DNA of 41,132 nucleotides, taken from positions 1-41,132 of the forward strand of contig CAZUQL010000001.1 of the NCBI GenBank assembly GCA_964622565.1, read 5' to 3'. Under the pieces are notes generated by a model. That model had not been told where the DNA came from. It saw only the letters and a program-made list of their open reading frames with translations, and did not search any database. Below are positions 34,153 through 40,850 of this stretch, one piece after another (the stretch's first letter is position 1; each line of letters begins with the position of its first letter). The position numbers and the translations under genes were made by a program. This stretch comes from Candidatus Woesearchaeota archaeon. Its GTDB lineage: Archaea > Nanobdellota > Nanobdellia > Pacearchaeales > GW2011-AR1.

Positions 34153-34958
34153 ATTTAGAAAAAAAATTTGAAGAAACTTTGAAGAAAATAAAAATTTCAA
34201 AGAGTGAAAAAATCTTGGTTGCACTTTCGGGGGGGAAAGACTCTGCAGTAGTTGCTTACTTGTTAAAGAAAGGAGGATATAATATTGAAGGGTTACATAT
34301 TGACTTGGGGATGGGAAAATATTCTGAAGATTGTTTAAAAAAAATTCAGGAACTTTGTAGGAACCTAAAAATTAAACTTTGGGTGTTTGAAGTTAAAAAA
34401 GAATTTGGAAACTCTATGTGTTATATCCGTTCGAAAATTCAAGCTGAAAAAAAAGGAATTAAAAATTGTGCAATTTGTGGAGTTATTAAAAAGAGAATTT
34501 TAAATAAAGAAGCGAGAAAATTAGAAGTCAGCAAAATAGCGACAGGACATAATCTCGACGACGAAGCACAGACATTTTTAATTAATATATTTAAAGGAAG
34601 TCCGGAACTTTCTTCAAACTCAGGTGCAATAACTCAAAACAAAAAAGATAAAAAGTTTATAACGAGAATTAAGCCCCTTTTTTATATTGCAGAAAAAGAG
34701 GTAAAGGCGTATGCAATGAAAATGAAGCTTCCAGTGAATTATGAAAAATGTCCTTGTGCAATTGATTCTTATAGGATTCAAATTCGTAATTTTTTAGAAA
34801 AAGAAAAAACAAGATCAAAAGAAAACATTATTCATTGCTTAGAAAAATTGAAAAATAAAGTTAATGAATTAAAGAGTTTAGAAAAAGTTTTTTATTGTGA
34901 AAATTGTGGTGAACCTTCTAGAAAAAATATTTGCAAAAGTTGTGAATTAATGAGTTAA
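34149..34958 (+). CDS. PP-loop ATPase, TtuA/NcsA-type tRNA 2-thiolation enzyme
   Basis: PP-loop LVALSGGKDSAVVAYLL, ATGHNLDDEAQTFL, candidate Fe-S ligands CAICG and CPC, and a C-terminal CENCG...CKSC zinc ribbon. ATGA overlap with the Dph2 fragment. Confidence 0.8.
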   Translation: MNLEKKFEETLKKIKISKSEKILVALSGGKDSAVVAYLLKKGGYNIEGLHIDLGMGKYSEDCLKKIQELCRNLKIKLWVFEVKKEFGNSMCYIRSKIQAEKKGIKNCAICGVIKKRILNKEARKLEVSKIATGHNLDDEAQTFLINIFKGSPELSSNSGAITQNKKDKKFITRIKPLFYIAEKEVKAYAMKMKLPVNYEKCPCAIDSYRIQIRNFLEKEKTRSKENIIHCLEKLKNKVNELKSLEKVFYCENCGEPSRKNICKSCELMS

Positions 34959-35186
34959 TGCGAGGGATTCTAATTTAAGTTTGTTAAAGTTTTTTAGAGC
35001 ATGTACTTGAGCAGAGGTTATTGGCGGGCGACCAATAACATCATATTCCCTTAAGTCCCTTCCCCCCTCTGCAGCCTGTATTCCAATTTTACATAAAGAA
35101 CTATCCTGAACAATGTAGCCGGGATGAATAGAAACTTTAAAAATTCCTTTATGAATAGAAAGATAAGCAGTCGGTCTTGTGTCCAT
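34947..35186 (-). CDS. Hypothetical 79-aa protein (orphan)
   Basis: The ORF is visibly more G+C-rich than its neighbours. A weak reverse-strand TATA-like TTCTTATAC lies about 25 nt upstream. It converges on and overlaps the thiolase gene stop by 12 nt. No motif recognised. Confidence 0.35.
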   Translation of the reverse strand: MDTRPTAYLSIHKGIFKVSIHPGYIVQDSSLCKIGIQAAEGGRDLREYDVIGRPPITSAQVHALKNFNKLKLESLALTH

Positions 35187-35258
35187 ATTAAATCATTAAA
35201 AAAGAAGTATAAGAATATTATTGTTTTTTTGAATATAAGTTGAACAAAAAGTCCCAGA

Positions 35259-35416
35259 AGAGTTAATTACAAAGAACGCAGGAAAGGTTCAGATTTGAGC
35301 TTATTAAGACTTTATACTCGGGTGTTTTTAGGGGGGTTACTTCTCGTGCAACGCCAAGGCGTGTTATCCCCTTTAAGTGCAGATAAACCTTTAAATAGAA
35401 GTTAGACTCTAATTTT
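35259..35416 (+). ncRNA. Candidate structured non-coding RNA of unknown class (~150 nt)
   Basis: Nested helices: AGAGUUAA (35259-35266) pairs with UUA(G)ACUCU (35402-35410). AAAGGUU (35283-35289) pairs with AACCUUU (35386-35392). AGGGGGGUUAC (35330-35340) pairs with GUUAUCCCCUU (35363-35373), and this helix includes G-U pairs that work only on the plus strand. It encloses ACGC-CAAG-GCGU. AATATAAG (35232-35239) lies about 26 nt upstream of the first helix, and a T4 run (35413-35416) follows the last. Confidence 0.35.
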
Positions 35417-35424
35417 ATTATTAT

Positions 35425-35470
35425 ACAACAATTAGTAAGATAAATTAAGGTTGTATACAATATATTGTAG
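35425..35470 (+). promoter_or_regulatory. Tandem NrdR-box-like operators flanking the nrdR-nrdD-nrdG promoter
   Basis: ATACAATATATTGTAG (35455-35470) contains a perfect 14-bp palindrome (TACAATATATTGTA). It matches 13 of 16 positions of the NrdR-box consensus acaCwAtATaTwGtgt as I recall it. A weaker copy, ACAACAATTAGT (35425-35436), has its centre 32 bp upstream. A TATA-like AGATAAATTAAGG lies between them, and the ATG is at 35473. Confidence 0.55.
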
Positions 35471-35472
35471 AT

Positions 35473-35910
35473 ATGGAATGTCCTTATTGTTCAAGCTCGA
35501 AATTCAAAGTAACAGATAAAAGAGAATCTCCAGAGGGCATAAGAAGACGAAGAGAATGTCTTAAGTGCAAAAAGAGGTTTACAACATATGAAAGAATAGA
35601 TAATCCAGATTTATACGTGTTGAAAAAAGATGGGAGACGGGAACGGTTTAATGTAGAAAAACTAAAACAAGGAATAGAAAAAGCATTTGAAAAGAGACCA
35701 ATTTCAACTGAAAAAATAGAAAAAATGGTAAAATCAATTGAAGAACACATTAGAAGAAAAAATAAAAAAGAAATGAAAAGTTCAATTATAGGAGAGTTGG
35801 TCATGAAAAAAATAAAAAAACTAGATAATATTGCATATATTCGATTTGCTTCAGTTTATAGAGACTTCAAGGATATAAAAGATTTTAAAAATGAGATACA
35901 AACACTATGA
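35473..35910 (+). CDS. nrdR: Transcriptional repressor NrdR (zinc ribbon + ATP-cone)
   Basis: MECPYCSSSKFKVTDKRESPEGIRRRRECLKCKKRFTTYERI is the NrdR zinc-ribbon signature. It is followed by an ATP-cone (VLKKDGRRERFNVEKLKQGIEKA...AYIRFASVYRDF). Confidence 0.9.
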   Translation: MECPYCSSSKFKVTDKRESPEGIRRRRECLKCKKRFTTYERIDNPDLYVLKKDGRRERFNVEKLKQGIEKAFEKRPISTEKIEKMVKSIEEHIRRKNKKEMKSSIIGELVMKKIKKLDNIAYIRFASVYRDFKDIKDFKNEIQTL

Positions 35911-38900
35911 ATATAAAATTTATTGAAAAAAGAGATGGGAAAATAGATCGATTTGACCCTGGAAGAATCAGAAAGGCGATTTCTAAAGCAGCTTCTGCAA
36001 TTGGAGAAAGTGAAGATTCAATCAATCAGATATTTTCTTCAACAATTGATCATTTAGAAAAAAAAGAAAAAGAGAGAATTGGAATTCGTGAAATTGAACA
36101 GGCAATTATCAAGGCAGCTAGGTTTAATGGTTATGAAAATCTTGCAGTAGCATATCAAAGTTATAAAGACAAACGTGAAGAAGCCAGAATGGTTTTGTCT
36201 ATTGCTGCAGAAAGTTTTGAAAAGAACACCACAGACAAAGCACTATTAATTGAATCAGATTCAAAAGAAATTTTAGAGCCTTGGAATAGAACTCGAATTG
36301 TTGCGCAACTTGAAAAAGAGGCGGGGCTTTCACAAGAGTTTGCAAAGGATATTTCAAAGGTTGTAGAGAATATTGTGGTAGATATGTATCAAAGAGGGGT
36401 TAGAAGATTTAGTACTAAAGATATTCGTTCTATTGTGGATATGGTTTTGAAACAAGAGGGGTTGGAACTCCAAGGATTAAAACAAGGCTTGTTAGGATTT
36501 TCATCTGCAGATTTTGAATCAATTGTAATCAACAGAAGTAAAGAAAATAGTAATGTATCTTCAAATAATCCCGAAGCTGTAAATCTTGAAACCGCAGAAA
36601 GAATTCAAAAACAATATGCCCTTGAAAAAATTTTTAGTCCAGATGTTACAGAAGCACACCTTAAAGGAAAAATTCACATACATGATTTAGGTTATCCAAC
36701 TCGGGCGTATTGTTCAAGCCACTCTTTAGAGTACATAAAAAAATATGGATTAAATAAGGTTCTTTCAAATCTGGAGTCAAAATCAAGTTCTCCAAACTCT
36801 GCAGCGGTTTTAAATCAGCATGTTCAAACTTTTTTAGCTTCATTGCAAGCACATTATGCAGGTGCTTTAGGATTTGGATTTTTGAATATTCTATATGCTC
36901 CCCTTTTAAAGAGACCTGTTGAAATTTTAGAAATTAATTTTAATGGTAAAACTGTTAAGATGGAAAAAAGAGATGTTGAAAAATTATTAGAACAAGGAAC
37001 AATAAAAAAAGACGAATTAGAGATTATTTCTACTAAAACTGAATTAAGGGAACTTCCACAGAGAGAAGTTTTGCAAATTGCACAGAATTTGATTTTTGCA
37101 GCTTCTCAAAATGCTTTTTCACGAGGAGGACAGACACTTTTTATTGATTTTAATATTCATACGGGAATTCCAAATTATTTGAAAAATGTTCCTGCAATTG
37201 GCCCAAGAGGGAAGTATATGGTTTTGAAAAAAGATGATTCTGTAGAATTAATTGATGAAGCTCCAAGATTTGAGAATAAGGAAGATTCAAATGACCCGAG
37301 AAATGGAGACGCTGATTCAACAAAAGTAGATGGAAAAATCGTGACTTATGGAGATTTAGAAGAAACAGCGCAAAGGTTTGCAATGGCGTTGTTAGAAGTT
37401 TGGAGAAGAGGAGACAAAAATGGAAGACCCTTTCATTTTCCAAAATGTGATTTGCATATAGATAAATATTCTCTTCAAGAAAAAACACAAAAAGAGGTTT
37501 TGGATTTTGCATTTAAAGTTACATCTGAAAACGGAAGTGTTTATTTTATGTTTGATAGAGGAGACGACGCTGTTTTAGCTCAGTGTTGTAGATTAAAAGA
37601 AAAAATTGAAGATAAAACGATGTTAAAATATCCAGAGAGACTAAGGTTTTGTGGATTCCAGAATGTTACAATTAATCTTGCACAGGCTTCCTATGTTGGA
37701 AAAGAGTTAAAAGGAACACTTGAAGAAATTGACAAATCCATGGAATTAGCCTTAAAGGCACATAATCAAAAAGCAAATTTTATGCAAAACCTTTTGGATT
37801 CTGATGGAAGTCCCATGAGAAGTTTAGGAAGGCCAAGTGACGACGGAAAACCATATATTGAATTAAAAAAGGCAACATATATTTTAGGAGTAATTGGATT
37901 GAATGAAGCTGTTGAGAACTTGACAGGGAATCAACTTCATGAAAGCGAAGCTGCGTATCGTTTAGGATTAAGAATAATTTCTCATATGTACAAACGAATT
38001 CAAGAATTTAAGAAAAAAACAGGTTTGAAATTTACATTAGAAGAGACTCCCGGAGAATCAACAACGCGAAGATTTGCTAAAGTTGATTTAAAGAGGTTTC
38101 CTGAAGCAAGAAAGATAATTAAGGGAAGTTCTGAAAGTCCTTATTATACCAACTCCATTCATTTTTCTCCTGATGCAGATGTGGGAATTGTTGATAGAAT
38201 TATTGGTCAAAGTAAATTTCATGAGTTAATTGAATCAGGGGCAATTGTGCATGCTTATGTTGGAGAAGAAAGACCAAATGCAGAGGCAATTGAACATATT
38301 GTAAAGCAGACATTAGAACAGACCAGATGTTCTCAGCTAGTCTTTTCTCCGACGTATACTGAATGTGATTTGTGTGGGGAAGTTATGCCAGGGAGTAAGG
38401 ATTTGTGTACTCAACAAACTTGTCAAAATAGTTCAGAAGAAACAAAATTAAAAGGAACACTTTTTACAGTTACACGAATTGTGGGATATTATAGTCGGGT
38501 TGCAAATTGGAATGATTCACAAAAGCAGATTTTTAAAGACAGAGAAAAAGTAGAAAAATATTACGCAGGAAAATCCGGGAGAAAGATGGATTGGTTATAT
38601 AGTCCAGGAGTGAATGGAAAATTAATTATAAAAGAATTTGGAAAGCATGGATGTCCTAATTGTAAAATTCTTGAAACAACAATTAAAAATAAAATTAAGG
38701 AATTGAAAATACAAGATCTAGTTGATTTTAAGATGTATTATCTTGATGAGCTAGATGAAAGAGTTTTAGCTGAAGCTGCATTGTATGATGTTCCGATGGA
38801 CTCTGTACCGACGCTGGTTATTGGAGGAAAGAAAAAGATTTGGAAAAAGACCACTGTGTATGCGTCGAATTGTCAATCTGGAGTTTGCAGTGTTGGAGGT

Positions 38901-38984
38901 TCAGGAGTAAAAGAAACTATTTTAATTACTCCAAATGAAATTGAATCAAATATTCTTGAGTTAATTAATGACTATCAAAAATGA
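35907..38984 (+). CDS. nrdD: Anaerobic (class III) ribonucleoside-triphosphate reductase with two N-terminal ATP-cones and a C-terminal thioredoxin-fold domain
   Basis: ATP-cone 1 (IEKRDGKIDRFDPGRIRKAI...), ATP-cone 2 (ILEPWNRTRIVAQLEKEAGL...STKDIRSIVDMVLKQEGL), and the NrdD core (HIHDLGY, RGGQTLFIDFN, AQCCRLKE). Then a Cys4 site (CDLCGE...CTQQTC), the glycyl-radical motif TRIVGYYSRVANWN (Gly codon at 38484-38486), and 165 more residues including GCPNCK (38649-38666) and SVPTLVIGG. Confidence 0.92.
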   Translation: MNIKFIEKRDGKIDRFDPGRIRKAISKAASAIGESEDSINQIFSSTIDHLEKKEKERIGIREIEQAIIKAARFNGYENLAVAYQSYKDKREEARMVLSIAAESFEKNTTDKALLIESDSKEILEPWNRTRIVAQLEKEAGLSQEFAKDISKVVENIVVDMYQRGVRRFSTKDIRSIVDMVLKQEGLELQGLKQGLLGFSSADFESIVINRSKENSNVSSNNPEAVNLETAERIQKQYALEKIFSPDVTEAHLKGKIHIHDLGYPTRAYCSSHSLEYIKKYGLNKVLSNLESKSSSPNSAAVLNQHVQTFLASLQAHYAGALGFGFLNILYAPLLKRPVEILEINFNGKTVKMEKRDVEKLLEQGTIKKDELEIISTKTELRELPQREVLQIAQNLIFAASQNAFSRGGQTLFIDFNIHTGIPNYLKNVPAIGPRGKYMVLKKDDSVELIDEAPRFENKEDSNDPRNGDADSTKVDGKIVTYGDLEETAQRFAMALLEVWRRGDKNGRPFHFPKCDLHIDKYSLQEKTQKEVLDFAFKVTSENGSVYFMFDRGDDAVLAQCCRLKEKIEDKTMLKYPERLRFCGFQNVTINLAQASYVGKELKGTLEEIDKSMELALKAHNQKANFMQNLLDSDGSPMRSLGRPSDDGKPYIELKKATYILGVIGLNEAVENLTGNQLHESEAAYRLGLRIISHMYKRIQEFKKKTGLKFTLEETPGESTTRRFAKVDLKRFPEARKIIKGSSESPYYTNSIHFSPDADVGIVDRIIGQSKFHELIESGAIVHAYVGEERPNAEAIEHIVKQTLEQTRCSQLVFSPTYTECDLCGEVMPGSKDLCTQQTCQNSSEETKLKGTLFTVTRIVGYYSRVANWNDSQKQIFKDREKVEKYYAGKSGRKMDWLYSPGVNGKLIIKEFGKHGCPNCKILETTIKNKIKELKIQDLVDFKMYYLDELDERVLAEAALYDVPMDSVPTLVIGGKKKIWKKTTVYASNCQSGVCSVGGSGVKETILITPNEIESNILELINDYQK

Positions 38985-39736
38985 AACTTTCAAGAGTCAT
39001 AGATGAAAGTAGTATAGACTACCCTGGAAAGTTTGGGCCGGTTGTATTTGTTTCAGGTTGTAATTTTAAGTGTGGATTTTGTCATAATCCGGATTTAATT
39101 AATTTTTCTAGTGAAGGCATTGATGTTGGAGAGTTTATTGAAGATTTAAAAAAAAGAGTTGAATCTGGATGGGTGAATGGAATCTGCATAACTGGAGGAG
39201 AGCCTACGCTGAACCTTGAGTTGTTGGATTTTTTAACAGATTTAAGAAAAATAAATATTAATATTAAACTAGATACAAATGGAAGCAATCCTACAGTTTT
39301 GGGAGAAATTCTTGAAAAAAATCTTGTAGATTATATTGCTCTTGATGTAAAATCAGATAAAGATAATTATGAAAAATTTACAGGAGTTAAAGGGGATTTA
39401 AACAAGATAGAGGAATCAATAAGATTAATTTCTGAATCTAAAATTGATTTTGAATTTAGAACAACTTTAGCTCTAGTTTTAGAAAAAGAAATCCGTTGGT
39501 TAAACAAAAAAGAAATAGGAAATATGATGAATTGGATTTTAAGTTTAGTTTCAGAAGAAAGAGAAAAAAAGATTAAGTGGAATATTCAAAAATTTTATTC
39601 TCGAAATAAGGGAGATATTTTATCAGAGAGATTTAGTAAGGAAAAACTTCCAAAAGAGTTTCATGAAACTCCCAAAGAAGAATTAGAAAAAGCAAAAAAG
39701 ATTCTTGGGAAGTATTTTAATTGTGAAATTGTTTAA
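38981..39736 (+). CDS. nrdG: Anaerobic ribonucleotide reductase activating protein (radical SAM)
   Basis: GCNFKCGFCHN CxxxCxxC cluster motif near the N-terminus, then GICITGGEPT. ATGA overlap with nrdD. About 70 extra Lys/Glu-rich C-terminal residues. Confidence 0.85.
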   Translation: MKLSRVIDESSIDYPGKFGPVVFVSGCNFKCGFCHNPDLINFSSEGIDVGEFIEDLKKRVESGWVNGICITGGEPTLNLELLDFLTDLRKININIKLDTNGSNPTVLGEILEKNLVDYIALDVKSDKDNYEKFTGVKGDLNKIEESIRLISESKIDFEFRTTLALVLEKEIRWLNKKEIGNMMNWILSLVSEEREKKIKWNIQKFYSRNKGDILSERFSKEKLPKEFHETPKEELEKAKKILGKYFNCEIV

Positions 39737-39744
39737 AGTTGAAA

Positions 39745-39981
39745 CTAAGGAGAGATTAGATTGGATGAGGAAAGGTTATACTCTCCAATCTGATGGAGAA
39801 TCTTTTCTCTTAATGAAAAGAGAAACCTCATTTTTCCACAAACTCTCCCTCGCTGTCCTTTTTTTGTGGTTAATTCCCCACAGAGAAATTCAACTCCTGG
39901 TGATTTAAAAAAATCCATTAGTGAATACATTTCTAATGTTGAAGAAGTTTCTATATTGAAGTCTAATGTTTTATATTCCAT
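39745..39981 (-). CDS. Hypothetical 78-aa protein (weak call)
   Basis: One of two mutually overlapping ORFs. The minus-strand one has TTTTTAAAAC (reverse strand, 40001-10) about 25 nt upstream of its ATG. No motif recognised. Confidence 0.3.
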   Translation of the reverse strand: MEYKTLDFNIETSSTLEMYSLMDFFKSPGVEFLCGELTTKKGQRGRVCGKMRFLFSLREKILHQIGEYNLSSSNLISP

Positions 39982-40061
39982 TTCTGTTTTAGATTATAAT
40001 GTTTTAAAAAATTATTGTAGAAAATAACAATACTTAAAAACAGGGAAATCATTTTATTAAA

Positions 40062-40493
40062 ATGGTGGAGATTAAATTTAAGAAGTTGGATTTTGGCGCG
40101 AAGGTTCCGGTCTATGCTACTGAGGGTGATGCAGGAATGGATCTCTTTTCAAATGAAGAGTTAATTCTAAAACCTGGAGAGAGAGTCTTAGTTTCAACGG
40201 GGATATCTTCGGAATTTCCAATGGGATATGTTGCTTTAATCTGGGATAAGTCGGGGCTTGCAGTAAAGAAAGGAATTAAAACTATGGCAGGGGTGATTGA
40301 TTGTGGATATAGGGGAGAATGGAAAATTGCGTTGTATAATACCTCTAATGAGGATTTCAAGATTGAGAAAGGGGATAAGATTGCACAAGCATTGATTCAA
40401 CCAATTGAACATGCAAGCATAAAAGAAGTATCTGAAGATCTTTCTGAAAGTGAGAGGGGGGAAGGGGGATTTGGAAGCACAGGAATAAAGTAA
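40062..40493 (+). CDS. dut: dUTP diphosphatase (trimeric dUTPase)
   Basis: Motifs ATEGDAGMDL, GLAVKKGI, GVIDCGYRGEW, IAQ, and the C-terminal RGEGGFGSTG. TATA-like TACTTAAAAA at 40031-40040. Confidence 0.9.
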   Translation: MVEIKFKKLDFGAKVPVYATEGDAGMDLFSNEELILKPGERVLVSTGISSEFPMGYVALIWDKSGLAVKKGIKTMAGVIDCGYRGEWKIALYNTSNEDFKIEKGDKIAQALIQPIEHASIKEVSEDLSESERGEGGFGSTGIK

Positions 40494-40524
40494 ATAATTT
40501 AAATCCTTAATTCTTTAGGTTATT

Positions 40525-40800
40525 ATGAAATCACTTAAACCAAGTATGCGAGAAAAGAAAAGATATCTTCTAGTTGGAGGAAAGAACATTAAAAAAAATA
40601 TTCTCCTTGCTGTGAAAGAGTTTATTGGAGTTTTGGGAATGGCAGATGCAAATTTGCAGTTTGTTAAAACAACATCGAATTCTGCAATTATTTCTATAAA
40701 TAGAAAAAGCGTGGACAAAATTAAAGCGGGGCTTTGTGTCTGGTCTGAAAAAATTGAAGTTTTGAAAGTTTCAGGAACTTTGAAAGGGTTGGGAAAATAA
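40525..40800 (+). CDS. rnp2: RNase P protein component 2 (Pop5/Rpp14 family), short form
   Basis: LKPSMREKKRYLLV and VLKVSGTLKGLGK match the N- and C-terminal signatures of archaeal Pop5 (LPPTLRDKKRYI..., VLGVSGTIKRLKRK in Pyrococcus, from memory). Lies immediately upstream of psmA, as in the archaeal exosome/proteasome superoperon. Confidence 0.75.
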   Translation: MKSLKPSMREKKRYLLVGGKNIKKNILLAVKEFIGVLGMADANLQFVKTTSNSAIISINRKSVDKIKAGLCVWSEKIEVLKVSGTLKGLGK

Positions 40801-40850
40801 ACCGAAATCCTTAAAAAAGCAAGCAACCTTGAAATTTGACTGAGTCTAAA

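Noticed and set aside
35259-35416. Calling the structured RNA a minimal RNase P RNA, on the basis of AGGAAAG...CAGAUAAACCUUUA (CR-I/CR-V-like, P4-like pairing).
   Set aside because: Only the P4-like pairing and a 7-nt identity support the idea. There is no P3 hairpin, no recognisable CR-II/III/IV, and at ~150 nt it is well below any RNase P RNA known to me. I keep it as a hypothesis to test, not as an annotation.
35263-35460. Minus-strand 65-aa ORF across the structured-RNA candidate and the NrdR boxes.
   Set aside because: The product (MYTTLIYLTNCCIIIKLESNFYLK...) is not protein-like. The ORF would begin inside the nrdR operator and promoter. The region is better explained by nested RNA helices on the plus strand.
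35907-38984. An intein or mobile insertion as the reason for the 1025-aa NrdD length.
   Set aside because: There are no intein splice-junction motifs (Cys/Ser...His-Asn-Cys/Ser/Thr blocks) and no homing-endonuclease signatures. The extra length is accounted for by a second ATP-cone, lineage-typical core insertions and the C-terminal thioredoxin-fold domain.
3631-40826. Antisense or off-frame 'shadow' ORFs in the supplied track, all embedded in stronger genes: 3631-3831, 4626-4832, 4962-5192, 5583-5771, 7894-8175, 8177-8374, 8341-8721, 8711-8902, 10582-10776, 12323-12616, 13616-13927, 14013-14213, 14586-14804, 15673-15957, 16543-16800, 17200-17475, 18624-19010, 19810-20028, 20909-21169, 25864-26097, 26546-26788, 27130-27333, 28721-28909, 29118-29636, 29968-30153, 32189-32371, 32404-32739, 33328-33510, 35484-35804, 36661-36852, 37150-37512, 39082-39288, 40112-40360 and 40515-40826.
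   Set aside because: Each lies entirely within, or opposite to, a gene with clear family motifs. Their products are low-complexity Phe/Leu/Ile/Ser/Lys strings of the kind produced by reading AT-rich coding DNA in the wrong frame. None has promoter geometry or ATGA coupling.
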